Below, one piece after another: positions 38,515 through 47,615 of a stretch of DNA of 64,000 bases. Position numbers and translations under genes: made by a program. The first letter of the stretch is position 1; each line of letters opens with the position of its first letter. The stretch spans positions 480,001 to 544,000 of the forward strand of contig CAVTQK010000021.1 of NCBI GenBank assembly GCA_963736855.1, given 5' to 3'. Below the pieces are notes generated by a model. That model searched no databases, was not told the origin of the DNA, and saw only the letters and a list, made by a program, of their open reading frames with translations. This DNA comes from an uncultured delta proteobacterium (GTDB taxonomy: Bacteria; Desulfobacterota; Desulfobacteria; Desulfobacterales; UBA2156).

Positions 38515-40081
38515 CCGATAACAAAATTGAAATTGTGATCCATGTCAATATGCTCAAAGAAGGCTGGGATGTCACAAACCTTTATACGATTATCCCACTC
38601 CGCTCAGCGGCTTCGCAGACATTGCGGGAGCAGACTATCGGCAGGGGACTCCGTTTACCCTATGGAAAAAGAACGGGCAGCGATAAGGTGGACAAGCTGA
38701 CTATTGTGGCGCATGACCGGTTTCAGGAGATCCTTGATGAGGCCAACAAGCCGGACTCAATCATAAGGCTGGAAAATATCATTCAAATTGACCCGGCGGA
38801 GTTAAGCCAACAAAAGGAGGTTGTCACTTCTGTTTCATCTATTGAGCAGAAAATGCAGGACGAGCAGAAACGGATTGAAAGCATCGCCCGGCCTGAAGAA
38901 AAGGAAAAACTCAGATCAGCCTCGAAGTAAAAAAGGCTGTCTTTTCGGCCTTGCCGGAACTTAACAGAGAGGTAAAAAGCGTTAATGAACTGACAAAATC
39001 GGAAATCAAGGAGATTGCCGTAGAAAAGATAAAGCAGGCCATTTTCAAGTCCCCTCAGCAGTCTTTATTTGCCGGTCAGATGATTAAGGAAGTTGAAAAG
39101 GTTTATGAGAAACTGGTGGCTGAATTTACCCGGAATATAATTGAGATTCCTCGGATCACTATCCAGCAGAGCGGTGATGTGCGGTCAGGCTTCAGGGATT
39201 TTGACCTTGATGTTAAAAATTTGAACTTTCAACCGGTGTCGGAAGAAATCCTTGTGAAAAAGCTTCGTGAGCAGGAAAACAGCATCGATATTGTAATCGG
39301 CAAAGGCAGGATTGTTCCGGACAGCCTTGATAAGATAATCGTCAACGAACTGATGAACTTTCCGGAAATCGATTATGATGTTCAGGCTGAACTTCTTTTT
39401 AAATTGGCCGGGCAGGTAATTGATAAATTTGAATCATACCTTAACGACGAACAGATGATGAACGTGGTCCAGTATCATAAAAAAGAAATAGGGAAATATA
39501 TTTACGCTCAAATGATGGAGCATTTTTATTGCGAGACACCGGGTTTTCTAAAGCCCGCAGTAAGGCCGTTTACCAAAATCGAGGAGCACAATTTTTCGAA
39601 ATATACTATAGATAAAATTCATGATTACACAGATACCATCACACCGACCGGGGCAATTCCGGGCAAAGTATTCTCCGGTTTTAAAAAAGCCTGTCATAAC
39701 CTGTATAAATTTGATTCAAAAACGGAAAAAGACTTTGCCTGTATCTTAGAGCAGGATAAAGAAGTGCTGAAATGGCTGCGCCCGGCCGCCAATCAGTTTC
39801 ATATCTACTGGAAACATAATTCCAGGCAGTATCATCCGGACTTCGTTGCGGAAACGGCAGATGCAATCTATATGATTGAAACAAAAAAAGAAGGCGATAT
39901 TGACTCAGCCGATGTGCAGGAAAAATCCCAGGCAGCCCTTACATATTGCACACATGCAACTGAATTTACCTCACAAAACACCGGGAAGCCCTGGAAATAT
40001 GTCCTGATTCCACATGATGTAGTCAAACTGAATATGGGGTTTGATACACTAACAAAGCATTATGAATTTAGAAATGCTTAA
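38515..40081 (+). pseudogene. type III restriction endonuclease (Res) C-terminal half, N-terminus deleted
   Basis: DNKIEIVIHVNMLKEGWDVTNLYTIIPLR...EQTIGRGLRLPYG; C-terminal PD-(D/E)xK YHPDFVAET...MIETK. Walker A and DEAH absent; additional 1-bp indel in an A-run near 38908. Confidence 0.85.
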
Positions 40082-40139
40082 GCGGTGATGCATGGGGTTG
40101 TCGACAATTTGTTGACAACTGAAATGGTAAGCGGACAAT

Positions 40140-40462
40140 GGTCGCGCATCGGATCGATTGCCGGACTCTGGAGCGCCTCTTCAGACATCGCGTGCTCAAG
40201 ATGCTCTTGAAAAAGGCAAAATCACCCGGGATATGAATGTTCAGTTCCGAAAAAACTGGTCCCGCCTGATCCAAAAAATTTACCCAGTTGAATTTCCCGA
40301 AGGGAACCCTATTCAACCGGGTGAATGAGGTCGATCCCCTGACCTGCCCCAAGTGCCAGGGTAGGATGTGAGTGATCGCGTTTATCGAAAATCCGAATGT
40401 GATTAAAAAAATACTCAAACACCTGAACTTATAGGACCTGAAACGACCACCCAGGCCCGTCG
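40140..40462 (+). mobile_element. IS91-family remnant C: degraded transposase C-terminal region
   Basis: Fragments LERLFRHRVLKMLL, RKNWSRLIQKI and EVDPLTCPKCQGRM*VIAFIENPNVIKKILKHLNL*DLKRPPRPV, with in-frame stops. Confidence 0.8.
40282..40322. repeat. REP-like palindrome inserted in the IS91 remnant
   Basis: ACCCAGTTGAAT-TTCCCGAAGGGAA-CCCT-ATTCAACCGGGT interrupts the conserved ..IQKIY|EVDPL.. reading frame. Confidence 0.6.
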
Positions 40463-40538
40463 TCTCGATCGTTGCGAGATCAGGGTCAAGCATGGGAATC
40501 GTTCTCTGCTTAGCACTGAAATGAGTACCGAGTCGGCA

Positions 40539-41756
40539 TCAAATCTTGATCCACCCTCTTCTCAACGAGTTATCCAAAATGACCCCGACAAGGAAAGCCG
40601 CTCCCATGTTCCACATGGCGAAGGCAGCCACGATGAGCATCACGTAGAAATCGGCTTTCTTGTCTCCGATGTCCTTGACCACAATAGCCAGTTCAGAGCC
40701 CGCGAAGAACAATATTACGCCCAGGATCGCATTGGGGAATATCTTGAAGATGATAGCTACGGAATCGCTGAAAAAGAGGGCGATGAAAACGAGGATGCTT
40801 CCCAGTATGACCAGCGCCCCGCCGGTCTTGGCCCCGAAGCGAACGTGTCCGGCCATCCCGCCGGCCCCATGACACATGGGAATGCCGCCAAAAAGGGGCG
40901 AAACCAGGTTCATGATTCCTTGAGAAATGGCAATCTTCTTCTCCGTCACCTGCCTGTCGGGAAAAAGCTCGTTGTTCTCCGCAACAATGGCAATCACTGC
41001 ATTGCCGAGTGTTAATGGTATCTGGGGCAGAGTGAAAAGCAGTGTGCCGACGACGATGTCATTCCAGCTGATCATGGGAAGATGAAAAACCGGAAACTTG
41101 AAGCCGATATGGATCTTGGCCAGCTCGGATATCAGTTGAGGGTTCATGATCACCGAAGAAGCAACCCCGATGATCAAGAGCATGAACATCGCCGGAACCT
41201 TGGGGTTCGTCAAAAGAACGTAAGTGACCACTAGAGCGAAACCTGCAAGGACCGGCGCCGTCTTCATACGATTGACTCCATCGACCATAAAAGAGAGCCC
41301 CAGACCCAGCATGATCCCTCGCACCACCGGTTTGGTTGCCAGTTTGGCTATCGGTCTGATAGCTCCGGTCGTGCCGGCGAAAAACCAAAAAATCCCCGTG
41401 GTGATACCTGATCCGAAAAGGGCTGCCGGGCTAATACCCCCGGCGATGGCTGCTGCTCCAATGGCTTTCATCGGTTGGATCGGAATAGGAGTCCTGTAAT
41501 AGAATCCGGCCACCAACAGACAAATCCCAAACATGAAGAGAAGCCCTAGAGGTTCCACCTTCACAATCGTGATGTAGGCAACCACAAACGGGATCAAGGT
41601 GCCGATGTCGCCGAACGCCCCTGCCCACTCCATCTTGTTATAAAGGTTTTTTGTTCTCTCTGTTTTCGCACTCACAGTGTCGGCAAGCTCCTTGTTCTCA
41701 AGCGCAAGCTCTTCGCCTTGACCATCGGGTGACATTACTCCGCATCCTTTTCGCAA
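40539..41756 (-). CDS. MOT1-family molybdate/sulfate transporter
   Basis: EWAGAFGDIGT, PIPIQPMKAI, PQIPLTLGNA, GGIPMCHGAGG; ~10 TM helices. Confidence 0.88.
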   Translation of the reverse strand: MRKGCGVMSPDGQGEELALENKELADTVSAKTERTKNLYNKMEWAGAFGDIGTLIPFVVAYITIVKVEPLGLLFMFGICLLVAGFYYRTPIPIQPMKAIGAAAIAGGISPAALFGSGITTGIFWFFAGTTGAIRPIAKLATKPVVRGIMLGLGLSFMVDGVNRMKTAPVLAGFALVVTYVLLTNPKVPAMFMLLIIGVASSVIMNPQLISELAKIHIGFKFPVFHLPMISWNDIVVGTLLFTLPQIPLTLGNAVIAIVAENNELFPDRQVTEKKIAISQGIMNLVSPLFGGIPMCHGAGGMAGHVRFGAKTGGALVILGSILVFIALFFSDSVAIIFKIFPNAILGVILFFAGSELAIVVKDIGDKKADFYVMLIVAAFAMWNMGAAFLVGVILDNSLRRGWIKI

Positions 41757-41875
41757 ACCAGACCCGCGTTGGACGTATAATTTGCTCCACCATTTTCCGT
41801 TTCATCTGTTAAACCACGGGGAAATGAAAAACTTGCGGTCGAAAGTGAAAAAGCAGTTGTTGATGCTTTTTAAGG

Positions 41876-42373
41876 CTAAACCTTGTATTTTCCGAAATCA
41901 TCCGGAGAGAGCTTTTCCAGGTACTCGGCCCACTTTTTCCCCTCTTCGCTTTTATCCAAGACTTCCGCTTCTGAAAATCCCTTTTTCGATTTCTCGATCA
42001 CTTGATCGTCCACGTAGATGGGAGCCTTGAAACGGAGCGCTACCGCAATGGCATCGCTGGGCCGAGCATCCATGACGAACGTTTTTTCCGGAGAGGTGAA
42101 ATAGATCTTGGCAAAAAAAGTATTATCCTTCAGGTCGCAAACCTCCACCTTCGATACCTCGATACTCTGGACATCCAGGACATTCTTGAAAAGATCGTGG
42201 GTCATGGGCCTTTCGAACTGTATGTTCTGCAAAACCGACGCAATGGCCGTGGCTTCCAAAAGACCGATCCAGATGGGAATCGCCTGGTCGTCCTCCTGGG
42301 ATTTCAAGATCAGTATGGGCGTATTGGTCGCGGGATCCAGCGTCAAACCCGCTATATTCACTTTATGCAACAT
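41876..42373 (-). CDS. bifunctional nuclease family protein (DUF151)
   Basis: IPIWIGLLEATAI, RPMTHDL, DARPSDAIAVALR. Confidence 0.92.
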   Translation of the reverse strand: MLHKVNIAGLTLDPATNTPILILKSQEDDQAIPIWIGLLEATAIASVLQNIQFERPMTHDLFKNVLDVQSIEVSKVEVCDLKDNTFFAKIYFTSPEKTFVMDARPSDAIAVALRFKAPIYVDDQVIEKSKKGFSEAEVLDKSEEGKKWAEYLEKLSPDDFGKYKV

Positions 42374-43794
42374 GAGTGCTTTCTCCTTATTTCTTCAAAC
42401 CGGCCGGGTCGGCATTCCGGCGCTTCTCCCTCGAGGGAGTTCGCAAAGGCTTGTTTTATATGGACACAAACCAGTGCGCCCGGATAGACAACATCATGGA
42501 AAGGCGATTCTCCATTCACCCTGAAGTTGACGATTTTATTACCCAAAGTCCGGCCGGTCCACTGGATCCCTTTCGGCCCACCCGAATCGGTCTGTTTTTG
42601 CGTCTTCTTGCTCGGACCATCCACGAGAACTTCCTGAAAGGTTCCCACGAGGGCCCGGTATTTTTTCAGGGTAACGTCCCGCTGGAATTCGAAAAGCGTT
42701 TTGAGCCGTTCTGTCTTGATGCTCTCCGGAACCTTTTCCATCAACCCGGCAGCCCGGGTTCCTTTTCTGTCTGAATACTTGAAAGCAAACAGACTGTCAA
42801 ACTCCACCGCTGCCATCATACTGAGGGTTTCCTGAAAATCGTCTTCGCTTTCCCCTGGAAAACCGACGATGAAGTCCGTGGTTATGGAGATATCCGGGCA
42901 GATCGATCTCAGAGCCTTGACCCGGTCGATATAGTGTGCCCGGGTATACCGGCGATGCATCCTCGACAAAACACGATCCGAGCCGCTCTGTACCGGAAGA
43001 TGGATATGCCGGCACAATTTGTCAAACCGACCGAAGGCGGCAACCAGATCATCGGAAAGGTCTTTGGGGTGTGAGGTTGTAAAGCGTATCCTCTCCAATC
43101 CCTCGATCTTGTTAATTCCGGCGAGCAGCTCCGAAAATGAGGCAATTCCTTCTTTTTTACCAAAGCTGTTGACATTTTGCCCCAAAAGAGTGACTTCGCG
43201 AACGCCCGCAGCCACCAGGTACTGTATTTCAAATACGATTTCCTCCGGATCCCTGCTCCTCTCCCTCCCCCGGACAAACGGGACGACGCAATAGGCGCAA
43301 TAATTGTCGCATCCTTGCATGATGGTGACGAAACGGGAAACGCCAGGGGCCTTTTCTGCCGTCTTCTGGGAGAAAAAGGTCCGTATTTCTTCCAGGGTCT
43401 CACCGACATCCACGTCCACAATGCGACGCCGGTTCCTGTGAATCTCCTCGATGATCTTCGGAAGCCGCCCGTAAGAATGGGTTCCCAACACCAGATCCAC
43501 GTGGGCCATTCTTTCGAGGATTCGGTCCGCTTCCTGCTGGGCAACGCATCCGCATGCGGCGATGATGAGATCGGGGTTCCTTTTCTTCAAAGCCGCCAGC
43601 CTTCCTAAAAAACTAAAGACTTTCTGCTCTGCCTTTTCCCGGATGGCGCAGGTGTTGAGAAATATCAAATCGGCGCCTTCGGGAAAAGGGGTCTGGCGAT
43701 ATCCGCATCCCTGCATCAACGCCGCGATCCTTTCGGAATCATGGACGTTCATCTGGCATCCGATGGTGTTGATGTAAAACCGTTTTTCTCTCAT
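42358..43794 (-). CDS. miaB: tRNA-2-methylthio-N6-dimethylallyladenosine synthase
   Basis: GCQMN.HDSE, NTCAIREKAEQK, GCVAQ, CDNYCAYCVVP, LLGQNVN, HLPVQSGS and a TRAM domain. Confidence 0.96.
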   Translation of the reverse strand: MREKRFYINTIGCQMNVHDSERIAALMQGCGYRQTPFPEGADLIFLNTCAIREKAEQKVFSFLGRLAALKKRNPDLIIAACGCVAQQEADRILERMAHVDLVLGTHSYGRLPKIIEEIHRNRRRIVDVDVGETLEEIRTFFSQKTAEKAPGVSRFVTIMQGCDNYCAYCVVPFVRGRERSRDPEEIVFEIQYLVAAGVREVTLLGQNVNSFGKKEGIASFSELLAGINKIEGLERIRFTTSHPKDLSDDLVAAFGRFDKLCRHIHLPVQSGSDRVLSRMHRRYTRAHYIDRVKALRSICPDISITTDFIVGFPGESEDDFQETLSMMAAVEFDSLFAFKYSDRKGTRAAGLMEKVPESIKTERLKTLFEFQRDVTLKKYRALVGTFQEVLVDGPSKKTQKQTDSGGPKGIQWTGRTLGNKIVNFRVNGESPFHDVVYPGALVCVHIKQAFANSLEGEAPECRPGRFEEIRRKHSCCIK

Positions 43795-43996
43795 AATCAA
43801 TAGTAATTTCGGATTGAAGACTATTCAACAAGTCTATCGCCTCCTGCTCGCATCCCGGGGAAACATGGAGGCAGACGATGCCACGAATCGGATCGAGAGT
43901 TCGCATCATCGCTATTCCGTCGTAGCCCTCCAGAATGAACTTAAACAATGCCATTTCATGGGGCTTGATGCGCAATCGCCACAGAACGCTTCTCAA
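43739..43996 (-). CDS. DUF4911-like small protein
   Basis: FKFILEGYDGIAMMRTLDP..G.V.L.VSPGCE; lies directly upstream of miaB. The 3' end is uncertain. Confidence 0.65.
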   Translation of the reverse strand: MRSVLWRLRIKPHEMALFKFILEGYDGIAMMRTLDPIRGIVCLHVSPGCEQEAIDLLNSLQSEITIDYERKTVLHQHHRMPDERP

Positions 43997-44120
43997 TGAG
44001 AAGACTCCTTTTGATATTAGAGGCTACCATCACCCGGATCGCTATTTCAATACCTTTCTCTAAACCCTATGCGAGGAGTTCTCACTTGTGCGGATGCTCG
44101 ATATCCGGTATAGAATTTAC

Positions 44121-45840
44121 ATGAATAAACTCTGGGAAATCCGTCGACCCCAGCCTGATCTCGTCCAACAAGTGGCCCGGAACTCGCGGATCGACCCGAT
44201 TGTGGCTTTTCTCCTGGTCAATCGCGGCATAACCGATCCTGCCGAAGCTGAAAACTTCTTGTCCCCGAGCCTGAATCACCTGCGGTCTCCTTTTACCCTC
44301 AAGGATGTTACAAAAGCCGCCGACCGCATCATCCGTGCCCTTTTAAACCGGGAAAAAATCTTGCTCTTTGGAGACTACGATGTGGATGGTGTCACGGCCG
44401 CCGCCGTGATTCATGATTTTTTGAAACCGCTTCAAGCCGATATCTCCGTTTATATTCCTCACCGAACACGGGAAGGATATGGCCTTCGACCCGAACATGT
44501 CCCACGACACATCGCACCGGGTAAGTTCGACCTGGTCATCACTGTCGATTGCGGATCCGGAAGCCACGAGGCCGTAACAGCCGCCTCTCGTGTCGGCATC
44601 GATACCATCATTACCGATCATCACCGAATCGATTCGAGCCCTTCCAAAAGCTGCTGCGGTGGTCAACCCCAATCGCCCGGATTGCCCTTCGGGTTTCGGA
44701 CACCTCGCAGGAGTCGGGGTGGCCTACTTCCTCGTCGTTGTTTTAAGGAAACGTCTCCGGGAAATCGGTTATTGGAAACAACAACCCGAGCCCAACCTGA
44801 GGGAACTTTGCGATCTCGTGGCGCTGGGAACCGTGGCGGACATGGCGCCCATGGTCATGGAAAACCGAATTCTGACAAAAGAAGGCCTGGGCCTGATTCA
44901 GGCGGGTCGACGCATCCCTATCCGCGCCTTGGCGGAATCGTCGGGCATCGGGTTTGAATCCATCGATGCGGAAGCCGTCGCCTTTCGGCTGTCGCCTCGG
45001 ATCAATGCTGCCGGCCGCATTGATCACGCCGGACTGGCTTTTGATTTGCTGCAGGAAACGGGACTTCACGCGGCGAGGGAAAAGGCGGAACGCCTCAATG
45101 CGATGAATGCAGACAGACAGCGTATAGAAAAACAGATTGTTGACGATATCGACCAGCGCCTCCAAGCGCGACCCGAGATGCTGAAAAATCGAACCCTCGT
45201 GCTTTCCAGTTCAAACTGGCACGAAGGGATTCTCGGTATTGCGGCTTCGAAGGTAGTGGAAAAGTACCATCGGATGGCCGTTTTGATTTCAACCCGAGAT
45301 GGAATAGGCAAAGGATCGGCCCGAGGGGTTGCGGGCATGGACCTTTTCGGGTTTCTGTGCCAGTGCAAAGGATACCTCGAAGATTTCGGCGGCCACCAAA
45401 CCGCTGCAGGGCTAAAGGTCCGGACGGCAAACATCGACACTTTCAGTGAGATTTTCGAAGAAACCGTGCGGCGGCAAAGTCGCCCGGAGGATTTCGTCCC
45501 TAGAATTTTCGTGGACTGCGAACTTGAATTCGATCAGATCAGTTCCGATCTCATCGATGCCCTGGAAGGACTCAAACCCCACGGCGTGGGTAATCCTGCA
45601 CCTTTGTTCATGGCCCGAAACATCCGGGTGCTTTCCTCCCGTTTGGTGGGCAAAACCCACCGGAAGATGCGACTTGCCCAGTTTACAGGCAGCCGTAATC
45701 GTACCCTTGAAGCGATACAGTTTCATATCGATCCGGAAACGCCCCAGAAAACAACCTTTTCGCGGATGGCTTACCGCCTTACATGGAACCATTGGAATGG
45801 GAGGAAAACAGCCCAGGCCGTTGTCGAGGAGGCGGACTGA
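44121..45840 (+). CDS. recJ: single-stranded-DNA exonuclease RecJ (one frameshift near 44640)
   Basis: GDYDVDG, EGYG, TVDCG and TDHH in one frame; AGVGVAY, LGTVAD, PRINAAGR, GSAR and FGGH..AAG in the next. Extra C in GAGCCCTT. Confidence 0.93.
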
Positions 45841-45894
45841 TCGACCCCGTCTTAAGGTTTCGTAAACCAAATGACCGCAGAACAGGTAAATGAC

Positions 45895-46917
45895 ATGCGG
45901 CCCAGTTTTCATCCAAGGCTTATTAACGCGCCTTTCGAAGATCCCGGCCTTTTTATCCCCTTTTTATTTCAAAAGCGGGCGTTTCTTTTCGATCTGGGGG
46001 ATCTTTCATTCCTCTCTTCGAAAGATCTTCTCAAAATCAGCCATGTCTTCGTCACCCATGCCCATATGGATCATTTTATCGGGTTCGATCGGCTGCTGCG
46101 CCTTTTCCTGGGAAGATCCAAGACCTTAAATCTATTCGGTCCAAAAGGATTTTTACGCCATGTGAAAGGAAAGCTTTCCGGGTACTCCTGGGACCTGGTG
46201 AAAAATTACGAAAATCCATTGGTTTTGAAGGTGACGGAAGTTACCGAGGCGCATCTAGTCACCCGCGAGTTTGCCTGCCGGGACGGATTTATTCCGGGTA
46301 AACCCCGTGCCCGCCCTTTTTCCGAGACTCTACTGGAAGAACCCGCCCTTACCGTCTCCGCATCCATCTTTGACCACAGCATCCCCTGCCTCGGTTTTTC
46401 CATGACGGAACGTTTCCATGTCAACGTGAAAAAGGATGCGGTGCGTGCCATGGGCCTGGATATCGGCCCATGGCTGAGGGAATTCAAAGAATCCTTGTTC
46501 GCATCCAAAGAACCCTCGACGTTATTGACGATTCAAAGGGGGCAAAAAACCCTCAGGATTCGTTTAGGAGATTTAACGGACCGGATCGCGATGATCACAC
46601 CGGGACAAAAAATCACCTATATAACCGACATCGGATTTTCTTCCCTCAACGAGGCAAAAGCCGTCACCCTGGCGATGGATGCGGACCACCTTTTTATCGA
46701 GGCTTCTTTTTTGGAAAAGGAAAAAGGGATCGCTTTCCAAAAGCATCACCTTACCGCCTCGCAAGCCGGGACAATCGCGGGAAAGGCCCGGGTCAAGCAA
46801 TTTACACTCTTTCATTTTTCTCCCCGATACACGGGAGAAATCCATGATTTCGAAAAAGAGGCGAAAAAAGCCTATCAGGATTCCCCGGCTTTACGAACCC
46901 ATATCCCGCAAGATTGA
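45895..46917 (+). CDS. ribonuclease Z-like metallo-beta-lactamase
   Basis: THAHMDHFIG, DH.IP.LGF, YITD, IEA, HLT, HFSPRY. Its TGA stop spans the junction with the MITE. Confidence 0.85.
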   Translation: MRPSFHPRLINAPFEDPGLFIPFLFQKRAFLFDLGDLSFLSSKDLLKISHVFVTHAHMDHFIGFDRLLRLFLGRSKTLNLFGPKGFLRHVKGKLSGYSWDLVKNYENPLVLKVTEVTEAHLVTREFACRDGFIPGKPRARPFSETLLEEPALTVSASIFDHSIPCLGFSMTERFHVNVKKDAVRAMGLDIGPWLREFKESLFASKEPSTLLTIQRGQKTLRIRLGDLTDRIAMITPGQKITYITDIGFSSLNEAKAVTLAMDADHLFIEASFLEKEKGIAFQKHHLTASQAGTIAGKARVKQFTLFHFSPRYTGEIHDFEKEAKKAYQDSPALRTHIPQD

Positions 46918-47068
46918 TGGCTTCGTAAAAAGTCCAATTTCCGCGTTGCGCTTCATCCCGTTGCGATTTCGACGTACGATAAGTACGCCTCATCACACGG
47001 GATTCGCGACGCCTTGAACTTGAACTTTTTACTTTGCCATCTGATTTTCGACTTTTTGCGAGTTCGGC
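46916..47068 (-). mobile_element. 153-bp MITE-like repeat, subfamily B, copy 1 (inverted)
   Basis: Reverse complement of 58424-58576 with few differences; perfect flanking duplication AAGATT (46910-46915 and 47069-47074). Confidence 0.9.
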
Positions 47069-47168
47069 AAGATTGAATGTTTTTGCTTGAAATGGGATTT
47101 GTTTCCTCTTATAATACGCCCTAAAAAATGGCGGGGGATTAAACCTTTCGCTGGAAAAGGACATCAGA

Positions 47169-47615
47169 ATGTCGAAGGTATTCCGGAAAAGTACGCGTGA
47201 AACGAGCATTTTATCCAAAATCGAATCATCCAAGGAACATGCCCGGAGAATGGCCATCAACGGGGTGAAGGACTGTACCGAATCGCTGAGCAATGCCATT
47301 GCCATGAAGCTGGTGGAAACCGGTTTAGTGGAAACGACCAGTAAAAACAGCCTCGAGGATCAGATCAAAGGGTCCCTTATCAAATTGACGCGGGCTGAAG
47401 ACTTTGACGTCGATTACCAAGTCGCCCCTTTTCGCAACATGGTTCCGCAGCCCCATGTGGTGAGCATGTACTTGACGGCCTTTGTCCTCGAGCATCTGAT
47501 CCACAACAAGGATGTCGTGGATATATTCGGGGAGGACATCGAAATTTACTCCTGCATCAACCAGCAGGTGGTCAAATTTTTATCCCGAGAAAAACTGCCC
47601 GATGAATTCACTTAG
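47169..47615 (+). CDS. hypothetical helical protein
   Basis: 148-aa ORF with RBS AAAGGA and host-like codon use; fills the gap and converges on the helicase gene. Confidence 0.7.
   Translation: MSKVFRKSTRETSILSKIESSKEHARRMAINGVKDCTESLSNAIAMKLVETGLVETTSKNSLEDQIKGSLIKLTRAEDFDVDYQVAPFRNMVPQPHVVSMYLTAFVLEHLIHNKDVVDIFGEDIEIYSCINQQVVKFLSREKLPDEFT

Noticed and set aside
35027..40081. DISARM or BREX assignment of the helicase-methylase locus
   Set aside because: No drmA/B/C, pglZ or brxC/L is present, and the partners are recognisably type III Mod and Res. The DUF1998 helicase at 47.6-50.5 kb is in a housekeeping context and fused to an exonuclease, so it is not drmB of this island.
44121..45840. 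recJ, ilvA, DUF711 and OCD as true pseudogenes or programmed frameshifts
   Set aside because: Each has only one 1-bp indel with intact motifs on both sides and no recognisable slippery-site or stimulator pattern. Assembly error is more likely.
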